Source of the DNA: a virus
Strand: one strand, 5' to 3'
IMG/VR virus record: IMGVR_UViG_3300021168_000016
Span: 32,001 to 96,000 of that record
Length of the DNA: 64,000 nucleotides
A program made the position numbers and the translations under genes. The notes under the pieces are model-generated. The model ran no database searches. It was not told the DNA's origin and saw only the letters and a program-made list of their open reading frames with translations. Shown here one piece after another: positions 9,572-19,326 of the stretch. Each line of letters begins with the position of its first letter. Position 1 is the first letter of the stretch.

Positions 9572-9876
9572 TATTTCAACCACTTATCTGCTTTAATAAG
9601 CACTGGAGTGTAGAACTGAGCTGTACAACGAAGACAGATATGTTGTAAAGCTACTTTCTCAGGTCCAGTGGTTTGGGTACATGTAACAACACAACTCTTC
9701 CTACCCGTTCCCGAGTCTCCTTTAAATCCACAAGCAGGACATAAATCCTTCTCCGGATTATAGACTCTAAGTGATTTTACAATCCGAGCAAACAGATGTA
9801 CTGGTAGAGAGAGTAGCCACGCAATGATAGTAATTGGCGAGTAATAATCTGCGCGTTTCAGGGCTTCTTCTGTCAT
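9571..9876 (-). CDS. small zinc-ribbon protein with N-terminal hydrophobic segment
   Basis: CPAC...CLRC; coupled ORF. Confidence 0.5.
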   Translation of the reverse strand: MTEEALKRADYYSPITIIAWLLSLPVHLFARIVKSLRVYNPEKDLCPACGFKGDSGTGRKSCVVTCTQTTGPEKVALQHICLRCTAQFYTPVLIKADKWLK

Positions 9877-11531
9877 CTAAGCGAGCCCCCTGCTAATGCC
9901 ACACTCCGCATATCACCTTCAAATAAGTAGCTACCAAGATGCGTGGTCTTCATGAAGGGAGCAATGTATACTTTCATCCCAGCAGCGCGTGCATCCAGGC
10001 AGAATGCATAATCTTCGGAGACATAATGGGGAAGACCGCCTGCATTGAACTTACCTGACTCAGGATCTATCTTTGACTGGAAATACATGTATACAGGAGT
10101 ATTTTCCATTTCTCCCCGCATCGGGAGATGCCATCGACCCTCTGTGTGGAAGTTAGAGAACTTTAGGAAGGCTTCTCTCTTAACCCGCATCAATCCTGTC
10201 CCACCATGCTGTACTTCTAGCAGTTTATCTAAAGCAATCTCTTTAGGAGCATTATCAGGCGGGAAATTGAGTACGTACTCACCGAGAAGGGATTGCATCT
10301 CACCGACTGTGTAATCCTTCTCTGGATGCTGCTTTACTGCCTTCTGAACCCTGTCTAAGCGGAGATTCTTTCTAACACAAGGAGCACAGATAATCTCTTC
10401 ATCGTGGGTTAGGAGAGCAAGTAGATCATTAGGATCAAACCCTATATCTGCATCAATAAAGAAGAAGTCTGTAGCACTTGACTCAGTTAAGTATTTGCTC
10501 ACTAGCGTATTCCGTGCTCTAGTGATTAGACTCTCATTGTACAGGAAAGCAGTTTGGTACTTGATTCCCCAATCAATACAGATTGCCATTAAACTCGTCA
10601 ATGAGTTGACGTAGTTAACAGCCATCATTCCACCATAAGCAGGAGTAGCAATATAGATAGACTTTGTTCTAAGATAGTCTTTCATCGCTTGCTTCTGCTT
10701 ATCTGTAGGTGAAAGACTATATGCAGGGCGTTTTACACTTTCATCTTTCGGCTTTATATCCGTTACAATCCCTGTAGAAGCAATACGTTGAAGTGTATAA
10801 GCATCTACCTTATACTTTGCTGCTAACTTCTCATATGAAGCAATCTGCTGTCTCTGGAACGCATCAAAGCCGATATTCTTCTCGAATGTAGTAGGACCAC
10901 CTTTTGGTCCAGCTTCATGCTGTACTACTACCTTAGCGGCTACAGCGAGCTCATAATCAGCCATTCGTGCTCTTAAGCAGTAGTCAAGATCATCGGACCC
11001 AAAGCTATCAAACTGTTCATCCAGGAAGCCAATCTTATCGATAAGTTCTCTCTTGATGTACACACACGGGAACCACATCTGCATCGGAACAATAGGTTCA
11101 ACCGGGTCTACTACTTGGGAATTAGCCAGTGACGGATTAACTAGCATATAACTCCCTCGACCAACAATACGAGGAGAAAGAATGCCAATCCGAGGATACG
11201 CATAAGCAATCCTCTGAAGATCCTCGATAGTGTTCTTCTGCAGGAATCTGATGTCATCCCCTACGTAGAGTACATCGTGATCTTTCGGTACTGCCTTCAA
11301 GCCTAAGTTCCCGTTTCCAGCCATCGAGAACTTCTCAGGCCCTTTGATTGTAACGACATATGGTTCAAGAGAACCTTGCCACTTCTCCATCGGATCTGGA
11401 CTAGACCCATCAACAACGCAGTAAACAGTATTCTTAACACCAAACTTTCGAAGTGATAAAAGGAAGGGAATGTAAACATCTATATACTTCGCGAGTACAA
11501 CGATAGCGACAGGTCTATCGGGCTTGCTCAT
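9873..11531 (-). CDS. two-domain GT-A glycosyltransferase (GT2-like plus phage GT-like domain)
   Basis: N-domain GDD, IGFLDEQF, DDLDYCLRA; C-domain IATPAYGG, ESLITRARN, FFFIDADI, SEDYAFC. Confidence 0.85.
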   Translation of the reverse strand: MSKPDRPVAIVVLAKYIDVYIPFLLSLRKFGVKNTVYCVVDGSSPDPMEKWQGSLEPYVVTIKGPEKFSMAGNGNLGLKAVPKDHDVLYVGDDIRFLQKNTIEDLQRIAYAYPRIGILSPRIVGRGSYMLVNPSLANSQVVDPVEPIVPMQMWFPCVYIKRELIDKIGFLDEQFDSFGSDDLDYCLRARMADYELAVAAKVVVQHEAGPKGGPTTFEKNIGFDAFQRQQIASYEKLAAKYKVDAYTLQRIASTGIVTDIKPKDESVKRPAYSLSPTDKQKQAMKDYLRTKSIYIATPAYGGMMAVNYVNSLTSLMAICIDWGIKYQTAFLYNESLITRARNTLVSKYLTESSATDFFFIDADIGFDPNDLLALLTHDEEIICAPCVRKNLRLDRVQKAVKQHPEKDYTVGEMQSLLGEYVLNFPPDNAPKEIALDKLLEVQHGGTGLMRVKREAFLKFSNFHTEGRWHLPMRGEMENTPVYMYFQSKIDPESGKFNAGGLPHYVSEDYAFCLDARAAGMKVYIAPFMKTTHLGSYLFEGDMRSVALAGGSLR

Positions 11532-12178
11532 GCTACTATCTCCTTAGAATTTAGAATACTATCACACTTGTTAAGAAATCTCTCACGAGTATGCTGTTCT
11601 CTGCTACAGAATGAATGATAGAACAAATCCTCGTAAGTAGTACCGTAACCGAATACTTTACCGTCAGTAAGATTCCACATCGGCTGCTCTACAGCTGATG
11701 GCCAGAGAAATCTTACTTTCTTTCTACGTTCTTGCCAGCGATAGGTTAGTTCTTCTCCGCAATCGCCTCTATCTGTTTCATCGAAAGAAGGGCTAGCTAG
11801 AAGCTCATACTGCCACTTACTAAATGCCATGCAGAAAGGACCAACATAAAGATGTTCTTCATTCTGGATGTGACCCGCTCTCTGTACAGCTCCTATGAGT
11901 GTCCCATTATGTGCTCCCCAAACAAGGAAATGAAATGCATTTGAGGTTAAGGGTACACAATCGATATCAAGTAGGATGATATCATCATGCTTAGCTTCTT
12001 TGATACATCTCGCAATAGCAGCTGCATGATGCTTTACTTCAAACTCTTTCGGAGAATGCAGATACTGATGAAACTCCCAATCTGGTGGTAAGAACTTATT
12101 TACAACAGTGTTCTGTGCTTCTACGACTTCATCTGGAATGTTCGACATGTAGACGGAGAAGACGGATGCGTTATACAT
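11528..12178 (-). CDS. putative GT-A glycosyltransferase
   Basis: IILLDIDCVPL DxD motif; RGDCGEELT. Confidence 0.6.
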   Translation of the reverse strand: MYNASVFSVYMSNIPDEVVEAQNTVVNKFLPPDWEFHQYLHSPKEFEVKHHAAAIARCIKEAKHDDIILLDIDCVPLTSNAFHFLVWGAHNGTLIGAVQRAGHIQNEEHLYVGPFCMAFSKWQYELLASPSFDETDRGDCGEELTYRWQERRKKVRFLWPSAVEQPMWNLTDGKVFGYGTTYEDLFYHSFCSREQHTRERFLNKCDSILNSKEIVA

Positions 12179-12686
12179 GAGAATACCAGATGTCGGTTCC
12201 AAGAGGCTGTATTACAACTTTCAGCGATTCATTAACTGCTCTACGAACATCTGGGTACGAATAATCGTGTCCAGAAATTATACCGCCTTTAGCAACCCTC
12301 GGCAGCCAGTATTCAATATCTTTCTTAACTCCTGCATACTGGTGATCTGCATCGATGAACACAAAGTTAACTTCGCGGAAAGCTAAGACATCGGTTGATT
12401 TGTAGGGGATTACCTTCTCAGTTACAATTAGATCAAAAAGGTTATCTTGAAACTGCCCAAAGAAGGAAGGGAGTTCTTCCCGTTCGTTAGCTCCCACAGG
12501 ACCAGTCCATGTATCAATAGCTATTACCTTACCTTTAGCATGATCTCCAAGTGCGCGTGTACTACGCCCAAGAAAGGAACCAACCTCTATAATAAGGTCG
12601 TGGTTGGAAGCTTGCTGTGCGAGCCATGTTAATTCAGCATGGCTCATCCAGCCTTGGATACTTTCTGATTTGGAGATGTCAATCAT
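12171..12686 (-). CDS. class I SAM-dependent methyltransferase (Methyltransf_24-like)
   Basis: IEVGSFLGRST, FVFIDADHQY, GGIISGHDY. Confidence 0.85.
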   Translation of the reverse strand: MIDISKSESIQGWMSHAELTWLAQQASNHDLIIEVGSFLGRSTRALGDHAKGKVIAIDTWTGPVGANEREELPSFFGQFQDNLFDLIVTEKVIPYKSTDVLAFREVNFVFIDADHQYAGVKKDIEYWLPRVAKGGIISGHDYSYPDVRRAVNESLKVVIQPLGTDIWYSHV

Positions 12687-13096
12687 TATTTCATTCCAAT
12701 GCGTAGATAGTACATCGCAATGTTTAACATAACAACAAACCCACTAAGTGCAGCACCTATAGCCCACATCCTACCTTCTAAGTTAGACTTATTAGTTTCT
12801 AGTGCTTTAAGTCTAGTGTCGACCGATTCCTTATTCGAATCTCTTTCAGCTTCGTATCGATCTCTTTGTAGGTAACGTCCTCTCTCTTCATTGATCTGAG
12901 ATCGAAGTTCATTCATTCCTTCGAGCCTGCGATTAACATCATCACGAGCAATATCTAATGCTAACGCATCACCCGTGCGAGCTATTTGTAGAGCGTGTTG
13001 CTCTAGGTCATGTTGGTGCATATGCTGCTTTTGCCACTGCACAACGAGATCGTGATCTGCTTTTATCTCAACAAACCTGTAATCTACATCATTCAT
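12686..13096 (-). CDS. coiled-coil protein with C-terminal transmembrane helix
   Basis: heptad-like region then WAIGAALSGFVVMLNIAMYYL. Confidence 0.55.
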   Translation of the reverse strand: MNDVDYRFVEIKADHDLVVQWQKQHMHQHDLEQHALQIARTGDALALDIARDDVNRRLEGMNELRSQINEERGRYLQRDRYEAERDSNKESVDTRLKALETNKSNLEGRMWAIGAALSGFVVMLNIAMYYLRIGMK

Positions 13097-13335
13097 AGAA
13101 GGCCCAATTCCTTTGCTCTTAAGTACATCAACCTGACTTGCGGACAGAATTCATCTTCGTAGATCTCATACACCATATATATATGGAGGAAATGATTCCG
13201 TAATGTACTTATCTTACACTTGAAATGATCTGCTATCTGATGTCTAATTGGCTTAGCTAAAGTTGTCTTCGGATTAATCATGTAATCGATAATGGCTTTC
13301 TGCTTCTCTGTACACCTGTCGTAGCTCATGATCAA
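13093..13335 (-). CDS. small LuxR-like HTH protein
   Basis: TEKQKAII...QIADHFKCKISTLRNH; resembles 24813-25196. Confidence 0.45.
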   Translation of the reverse strand: MIMSYDRCTEKQKAIIDYMINPKTTLAKPIRHQIADHFKCKISTLRNHFLHIYMVYEIYEDEFCPQVRLMYLRAKELGLL

Positions 13336-15086
13336 TCCATGAATCCAACTTTACGATCCATCTTTTGCAGTACATCAGTACGTGATTGCGTCCTCAAGCC
13401 GATAGGTTGTACTTCTCTTTCTGCTCGAAATTGTAGTCCGCACTGGCCGCAGCGCCATTGTCCCTGAGCACGGCTAATACACGTTGCTTGACATTCGGGA
13501 CAGTTAAGAGGCTTATCAACCTGCATTGGCTTCAGTAAACTCTTCGCTTCCTCTATTTTTCGCATATCCTTAAAGAAGTCCAATGCGCCGTAGACTAAAG
13601 TACGTTCAGCGAATGCGAGCATAATAGATTCTGCTCGATCAGGACTTCTCATTCCCCTTTTGGCTGCATCTTCTTTTGATTCAATCTGAATCTGCCCTTT
13701 TGAAGTAGGCTTATAACGTATACCGGCTAACTGTCCAACTGTCTTCTCATCTGAAAGTCCAGAAATCTCACCGGCCTGGAATCTAAGGCGGAGTCCCCAA
13801 TAGAACTCTGCTTTAAGATTGAAGTACTTATCACCATCGTTACTTATCTCACAGACATTGATAGGAGTAACTGGAAAGCCCATATCTTTAAGATGCTGGC
13901 AAATACCCCAGCCAATACCAATTGAATCAATATTGATATTCTCAATGTTCTCTTTTAGTCTCTCTTGAAGATTTCTTAGGCAGATTACAATATCACCACG
14001 TGGATCTGAATAGTTCCATTGCTTGTGAAGTATGATCTCTCCGCCACGCCTAACTGTAAGAGATGACTCATCTTCCCCAGGACCAGCAACATCTAACCCA
14101 GCCTTAATCTTTCCTACACCGATACCTTGGCTAGCCCCTGCTTCCTCAAGCCAAGTAAGACTCATGAGAGCATCAGGACTCTGTTTCGGGAAGTTTCCTA
14201 GTACACGAGATTCCCAGAGAGGATGTCCTGGACCCCATTCAAAATACTTTTCCTGTACCCATCTTCGAGTTGTTAGATAAGGAAGAGCATTAGTATCAAG
14301 TTCCTCATCTGTAGCATCTAACAGGTCTCCCGGTACTTTCTTTCCTAACCTTTTAGATTCTCCTAGTTGATCTAGGAAGTAGGTTCCTTTCAGGTTAGGC
14401 GTATCAAAGGCAGAGATTGTATACGTCTTCCAACCTGAACGATTATCTGTAAATGCATCATGGAAGGGACCGGATGAGATGGTTGGGTTGCCGATAGCAA
14501 GAATACGTACATTACCACCAGCTCTAGCACCTTCAATGGCTTCCCAGATCTTTGCTTCTACACCGGGTGCTTCATCTAGGATGATTAGTACATGCTCTGC
14601 GTGGATACCTTGAAACTTAACACCTTCATCAGACTTCGTGACTGATGTAGCTAATCCATAAGCGAGGCGCTTAGCTCCACCAGGAAACTGTATCTTGGTT
14701 AAGTTAGCAATGGGAAAAGGATATGTACTCTTAGCTAGGAAGCTGTGAACCTCTCCCCAGAGTAGACGTTCTACCTGTCCCCATGTCGGCGCGGTCGTTA
14801 CCACTACTACTTCCTGATACTTCGCTAGGAACCATAATACTGCTAAAGCTGCGGTAAAGGTCTTTGAAGAAGCATGGCAAGCCTTTACAGCTACACGAGC
14901 TTGAGGTACTGTCAGAGAGTTTAGAATCTCCTTCTGCATGTACCAAAGATTAGTCTGTAGATAAGTCTTTGCGAATAGGTCAGGAAGTTCAAACGATAAC
15001 TTGATACGTTGTGCTGGTGTTAAGGTTGATAGATTTAATCCTTGAGCAACAACATCAGCAACCGGTAATACTGCTTGAGTAGCCAT
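13332..15086 (-). CDS. terL: terminase large subunit
   Basis: VKACHASSKT Walker A variant, IILDEAPG Walker B, IGNPT, GLDVAG RNase H fold, SPDRAES; C-terminal Zn ribbon. Confidence 0.92.
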   Translation of the reverse strand: MATQAVLPVADVVAQGLNLSTLTPAQRIKLSFELPDLFAKTYLQTNLWYMQKEILNSLTVPQARVAVKACHASSKTFTAALAVLWFLAKYQEVVVVTTAPTWGQVERLLWGEVHSFLAKSTYPFPIANLTKIQFPGGAKRLAYGLATSVTKSDEGVKFQGIHAEHVLIILDEAPGVEAKIWEAIEGARAGGNVRILAIGNPTISSGPFHDAFTDNRSGWKTYTISAFDTPNLKGTYFLDQLGESKRLGKKVPGDLLDATDEELDTNALPYLTTRRWVQEKYFEWGPGHPLWESRVLGNFPKQSPDALMSLTWLEEAGASQGIGVGKIKAGLDVAGPGEDESSLTVRRGGEIILHKQWNYSDPRGDIVICLRNLQERLKENIENINIDSIGIGWGICQHLKDMGFPVTPINVCEISNDGDKYFNLKAEFYWGLRLRFQAGEISGLSDEKTVGQLAGIRYKPTSKGQIQIESKEDAAKRGMRSPDRAESIMLAFAERTLVYGALDFFKDMRKIEEAKSLLKPMQVDKPLNCPECQATCISRAQGQWRCGQCGLQFRAEREVQPIGLRTQSRTDVLQKMDRKVGFMD

Positions 15087-15627
15087 TAATGTTTTCTAGC
15101 TTCAGCGCAGAGTCCTATAGGAGATTTCCGCCCAACAACTGCAGTAAGTTGAAGCGTACTATAGCCACCACTCCTACGGCCTGTCCAAACGTATCGAAGG
15201 ACACATGTATACATCACAATAGCCCTGAGTTCAGGAATCCAGATAGCTTCATCACCATGCACAGCTTGCTGTGCTTTAGTGAAAGAAGTATGATAGTGAT
15301 ATTTACAGGGAGGACGTATTCCTGATACTTCCCAAGCAGTTACCTGTGAATGTGTCAAAATGCACGTCGCCACTAAAGCACATCCTCCGGCTTTATACCT
15401 TTAAGGATTAATGTAGGACTTACAGCCAACATCATCCTAGCTGTTTGTAATCCCAGCATATAACCTATCCTAAGATCACTGGATATACCCTTAGCTCCTA
15501 TCTCCTGTGCTCGTACATCTCCAAATGACTTTAGCTCAGCCTCTTGGCTAGCCAGCATCCTTGGATCTGCATTATGCAGACTATCTTGAGCCATTTCTAT
15601 AAACATTACGGACGGTGCTACCCACAT
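15086..15627 (-). other. two small hypothetical CDSs (15086-15373, 15373-15627)
   Basis: coupled ORFs in the packaging operon. Confidence 0.45.
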
Positions 15628-15629
15628 AA

Positions 15630-16337
15630 TTACCGCACCACCGTCGTCGTCGCAACTACTATGTTGCTAGGACCAGAAGTAACGAATACGCCAGCAATAG
15701 TATCATGAGCCTTTACATCAAACCAGCATGTCTTCTTTACATTCGGTGCAACTGGCGTGCAGGTTGCAGTATAGGACTTTTGGCTTGCGGGAACAATAGC
15801 AACTCGTGGAGGTGAAGGACACCTTGAATCACCACATCGATAAATCCAATAGTTATCAACTACTACGCCTGCCTGCTGGATAGGAGCCTTCCACATTAAA
15901 GGAACATTGTTCTTTGCGATTGTACCGACAGTCAAGCCGGTTGGAGTTGCTGGTTGGCCATCAGCTGGGATAACTACAGGGCCAACTTCATCAGGACCAG
16001 ACAAGCTAGGATTACAGGTAGAGCAGTATGCTTTAACTGAGTAGTAATAACTTCCTAATGCCATCACTCCAGTATCTGTGTAACTGCATGTGGCTAATGG
16101 AGAGGCATTCAAAGGAGTTGTACTTTCCTGTCCTTGGATTGATCCTCGATAGAAGTTGAACATAACTCCTGCGGTTGTATCCGTACAACCACCGAGGGTA
16201 ACAGAATGGACAGTAGCACCAGCAAGGGTGCTTGTATTAACTGTAGCTCTTGGAGCTACTTTTGGTTGTGTACGAGGCTTCGTTTGTCCGAAGCTAAGAC
16301 AGGATCCAAGCATTACAAATAAAATGAGACTTTTCAT
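15630..16337 (-). CDS. secreted fibronectin type III-like protein
   Basis: signal peptide; YTDTGV...YYYSVKA, PTGLTV...LMWKAP...YWIYR FN3 motifs. Confidence 0.7.
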   Translation of the reverse strand: MKSLILFVMLGSCLSFGQTKPRTQPKVAPRATVNTSTLAGATVHSVTLGGCTDTTAGVMFNFYRGSIQGQESTTPLNASPLATCSYTDTGVMALGSYYYSVKAYCSTCNPSLSGPDEVGPVVIPADGQPATPTGLTVGTIAKNNVPLMWKAPIQQAGVVVDNYWIYRCGDSRCPSPPRVAIVPASQKSYTATCTPVAPNVKKTCWFDVKAHDTIAGVFVTSGPSNIVVATTTVVR

Positions 16338-16620
16338 CGTAACTCCTTAGAATACCTGACATGTGAATATTGGTAACTCGATACCGTGCTGCTGGAGATG
16401 CTCGAAAAGAGACGATATTAGTTGATTTGTCTCTTCAGGTAAGATCCATACGCCTTCCCACTGGCACTCTTCACACTTGATAGATTGTGGTCCAGCGACG
16501 AAGTTCGGGACAGGATCGGACTTCTTTACCGGCATGTTTCCCCACTTCTGTTACTGCTGAAAAGGGAATACCTGTTAGAGTTCTATAGGACTGATGAAAA
16601 CCTTCTCTACTAGGGCGTCT

Positions 16621-17376
16621 TCAAGAACCCTTTTGGGATTGTGTATCATCTACTAAGATCTTACCTTCAAGGACAGGATGCTTATCTTCGAGCTTCTCTC
16701 TATCCGGACTTACTACTCGAACATTTTGGACATTGATAGTAGTGTTCATGATAATCTGATCAAATGCTTGAATAGTTGATGGTGATCCATCTTTTCCATC
16801 TGATTCAAATCTGTTATCTGAAAGCATACCCTTTAGACGTGTTTCTAATGCGACGTATGCTGCTTTAGGTACAAACGTAATTCGAGGACGACCTGCTGCA
16901 TCATAGTAGAGTTCTTGAATAGCTTCAGCTGCTTCTCTTGACGGCATATTATTAAGGTTAAGCTGGAAGTTGCCATCAGGAAGAATATCGTAGTAATCAA
17001 GTGGATTTGAATGGGCGCAAGCAGAAACTCGATTTAATACATCTTCTGTAGTTAGCTGCATCTTCTCGAAATGAACTCTTGCTCGCTTCTGAATTTCTTG
17101 GAATATCCGCGGTCTGCGGTAAACATCGGTACCGGTAACACTTTCCTTAAACCCAGCTAAAGTTTTTGCTTCCTTTAGACTCTTACCCTGCAGAAAGAAT
17201 TCAATGAAGGTCATTTCCTTAGTAGTAAGACCTCTATTTGTGGGAAGCGGTGTATTACTAATCTTTTCTACTTGCTCAATAGAGAGACTACTGTTAGGTC
17301 TAAGAGGTAATACTGGAGTCTTTCTAATTGGTAGGAGGTCAACGTCTTTCTTTTCAATTGGAGGAGACGTGGACAT
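16621..17376 (-). CDS. terS: terminase small subunit
   Basis: LTTKEMTFIEFFL...AKTLAGF...LTTEDVLNR pattern; upstream of TerL. Confidence 0.75.
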   Translation of the reverse strand: MSTSPPIEKKDVDLLPIRKTPVLPLRPNSSLSIEQVEKISNTPLPTNRGLTTKEMTFIEFFLQGKSLKEAKTLAGFKESVTGTDVYRRPRIFQEIQKRARVHFEKMQLTTEDVLNRVSACAHSNPLDYYDILPDGNFQLNLNNMPSREAAEAIQELYYDAAGRPRITFVPKAAYVALETRLKGMLSDNRFESDGKDGSPSTIQAFDQIIMNTTINVQNVRVVSPDREKLEDKHPVLEGKILVDDTQSQKGS

Positions 17377-17565
17377 GTACCTTAAGTTGTATTGGATTCT
17401 CTACAGTATGTCAAGACAAACCTTTAACAGACGATTAATAAGGCAGATTACCAATAATATCTACTTGACTTCTTTCGAACGTTAATATACATTAGTAATG
17501 TCTTCGGACTCCCCGCCCAGAGGAAATGTATCTGGGCATCGCTTTATACAATTAATTCATAAAAA

Positions 17566-17600
17566 TCTCCCCCACCAACTAAAAGTGGGGGAGAACTTTT
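17566..17600 (-). terminator. intrinsic terminator-like hairpin
   Basis: TCTCCCCCAC/GTGGGGGAGA stem followed by T-run on minus strand. Confidence 0.55.
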
Positions 17601-17618
17601 GTGCTTAACTTTTTCCTC

Positions 17619-17879
17619 CTAGCAAGAGATTGTAGAGCCATCCCCTCCTGTTGTTATAGCTCCAGTTGTGGTTCCCGTATATATAATCGTATTTGTTGGG
17701 TACACTACTGGATACGTAGGCATGACCCAATACGGCTGTGGATAGATATATGGTGCAAAATAAACAGGTTGCCATGGAAGAGCTACGTACTTTCCGCAGT
17801 TTCTACAGCAACCGCAATGAGAGCAACGATCACAGTTGGCGCAAGCGCCACACTGTTTACATCCTGCTCTTTTACTCAT
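17619..17879 (-). CDS. small Cys-rich protein
   Basis: CKQCGACANCDRCSHCGCCRNC followed by P/Y-rich tail; AAGGAGG RBS. Confidence 0.6.
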   Translation of the reverse strand: MSKRAGCKQCGACANCDRCSHCGCCRNCGKYVALPWQPVYFAPYIYPQPYWVMPTYPVVYPTNTIIYTGTTTGAITTGGDGSTISC

Positions 17880-17893
17880 TACACCTCCTTAGA

Positions 17894-17925
17894 AACATCC
17901 CCACCCCCGAAAGAGTGGGGATATT
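17894..17925 (-). terminator. hairpin 3' of the GGY-NN unit (terminator or processing handle)
   Basis: ATCCCCAC/GTGGGGAT stem with TTCG-containing loop on minus strand. Confidence 0.6.
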
Positions 17926-17926
17926 T

Positions 17927-18006
17927 TTGCTTTACCTTACCCCACCGGACCTCACCACAACGTACCTAACCCCGCCAGACCTCACCAGACCAGACCCTGC
18001 CGTGTC
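17927..18006 (-). ncRNA. orphan (GGY-NN)x16 pentamer guide-like RNA (VIPR-type)
   Basis: minus strand GACAC GGCAG GGTCT GGTCT GGTGA GGTCT GGCGG GGTTA GGTAC GTTGT GGTGA GGTCC GGTGG GGTAA GGTAA AGCAA. Confidence 0.8.
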
Positions 18007-18015
18007 ATTTCAAAA

Positions 18016-18282
18016 TCATGCGGCCTGTTTAGCCTTGACTACAGCACGCTTCCCAGTAAAATCACCGTTTGCTTCAGATTGGAAAGTGTACATGCCATCA
18101 ATTCCAGTTTGGACTGTTCCATCAAGAGTATGGTAAGCTTTTAGCCGACCTCGCTTCGTCTTCTTGACGAAAATTGGTCGGTAGACAACAGCGATGACCT
18201 CTAGACCGTTAGCATCCTTTTCTCCATGACCTGGCTCGATAGTAAAACCTAATCCGAGCAGGCTATTTGATTTCTCTGCCAT
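18016..18282 (-). CDS. hypothetical protein; its 5' codons resemble the decoded downstream guide
   Basis: AAGGAG RBS and TAGCGGTATA promoter-like motif upstream. Confidence 0.7.
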   Translation of the reverse strand: MAEKSNSLLGLGFTIEPGHGEKDANGLEVIAVVYRPIFVKKTKRGRLKAYHTLDGTVQTGIDGMYTFQSEANGDFTGKRAVVKAKQAA

Positions 18283-18301
18283 AATTTCTCCTTTTATAGT
18301 A

Positions 18302-18311
18302 TATACCGCTA
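18302..18311 (-). promoter_or_regulatory. recurrent promoter-like motif TAGCGGTATA
   Basis: same motif at 20011-20020 (-), 50410-50419 (+) and CAGCGGTATA at 25247 (+), each just upstream of a gene start. Confidence 0.5.
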
Positions 18312-18335
18312 GTTTAGACGAAGTAGCAATAAAAT

Positions 18336-19022
18336 TTAACCTTTCTTCTGTATCACAAAAGACATGGAATCATTTTCTTTATAAAGATCTTCTCCACAAG
18401 AACACTTGAGTCTAGCATAATCAAACTGATCGCCTCCACATTTCCAGCAGCGCAGTGGTAAGTGAGAACGTCTAATCATATGAAGATCTTCGATTGAATA
18501 GAATAGCTCAGCAATCTCCTTTCCTGTGAAGTAGTAATCAAGGGATTCCTGGATATGCTTTGTAGGATGTTCTCCCGTAGACTTAAGATGCTTGATCATC
18601 AGCAGTACGTGAAAGATTGTAGGAGAACCTAATCTTATAAAGGATGCGTGGATATCCTCTACGATGTAGAAGCCACCCTTCCTTACATGAGGGAATCCCT
18701 CGAGTAGACAGATAGCCTGATGCTCTGGTTGATGACTGCCGTCATCGATTATCAGATCAAACTTAATGTCTAATCGTTGGAACATCTCCCTTACTTCTAG
18801 TCGCTTCCCTTGATCCTGATGTAAATAGATAAATCTAGGATCCTTGATTGCATCAAATATCCCGAAGATATCAACACCTAATACATCAGCATGAGGAAAG
18901 CGTTCTAGAAGGAATCGTATCGAAGCTCCTTGGAGCACACCGAATTCAAGGATATTCTTTGGTGGATCGATACGGGTGAATATGAGTCTCTCATAATCAC
19001 CCATGTACTGATGCCAGTACAC
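18336..19022 (-). CDS. class I SAM-dependent methyltransferase (MycE/8-demethyl-type-like)
   Basis: ILEFGVLQGAS, FDLIIDDGSH, GGFYIVEDIH. Confidence 0.85.
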   Translation of the reverse strand: MYWHQYMGDYERLIFTRIDPPKNILEFGVLQGASIRFLLERFPHADVLGVDIFGIFDAIKDPRFIYLHQDQGKRLEVREMFQRLDIKFDLIIDDGSHQPEHQAICLLEGFPHVRKGGFYIVEDIHASFIRLGSPTIFHVLLMIKHLKSTGEHPTKHIQESLDYYFTGKEIAELFYSIEDLHMIRRSHLPLRCWKCGGDQFDYARLKCSCGEDLYKENDSMSFVIQKKG

Positions 19023-19326
19023 CTTTCACTTTCCTAATTTTGTCTCTACCGGGTACATTCTTGTTGTCTCCGTATCGTGTCGGTTGCTGTTTCAGTGCCG
19101 CCCAACTCGATCCACTTTTAAATGCTCCAGTCCAACCTGCTGGAATCGAAGCTTCTTTCTTAACAGCAGCTTTATCAGCAATATGCTTATCTTTCTGTTT
19201 CTGAGTCATTTTTCCCTCGTAGCCATCTGCAGAGAAAGCAGGGTCTAATATCAGTACATGTAACGACATCGTAAGCAGAGACGGCTAGCAGTGTGATAAC
19301 CAAGCCAGTGATAACCCCCCAAGATA

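Noticed and set aside
4266-10314. Many plus-strand ORFs opposite the structural genes, and minus-strand ORFs opposite the early genes
   Set aside because: Antisense shadows of well-supported coupled genes, lacking RBS or recognisable motifs
17738-18136. Plus-strand ORF with LTPPDLT repeats
   Set aside because: Antisense translation of the GGY-NN pentamer unit
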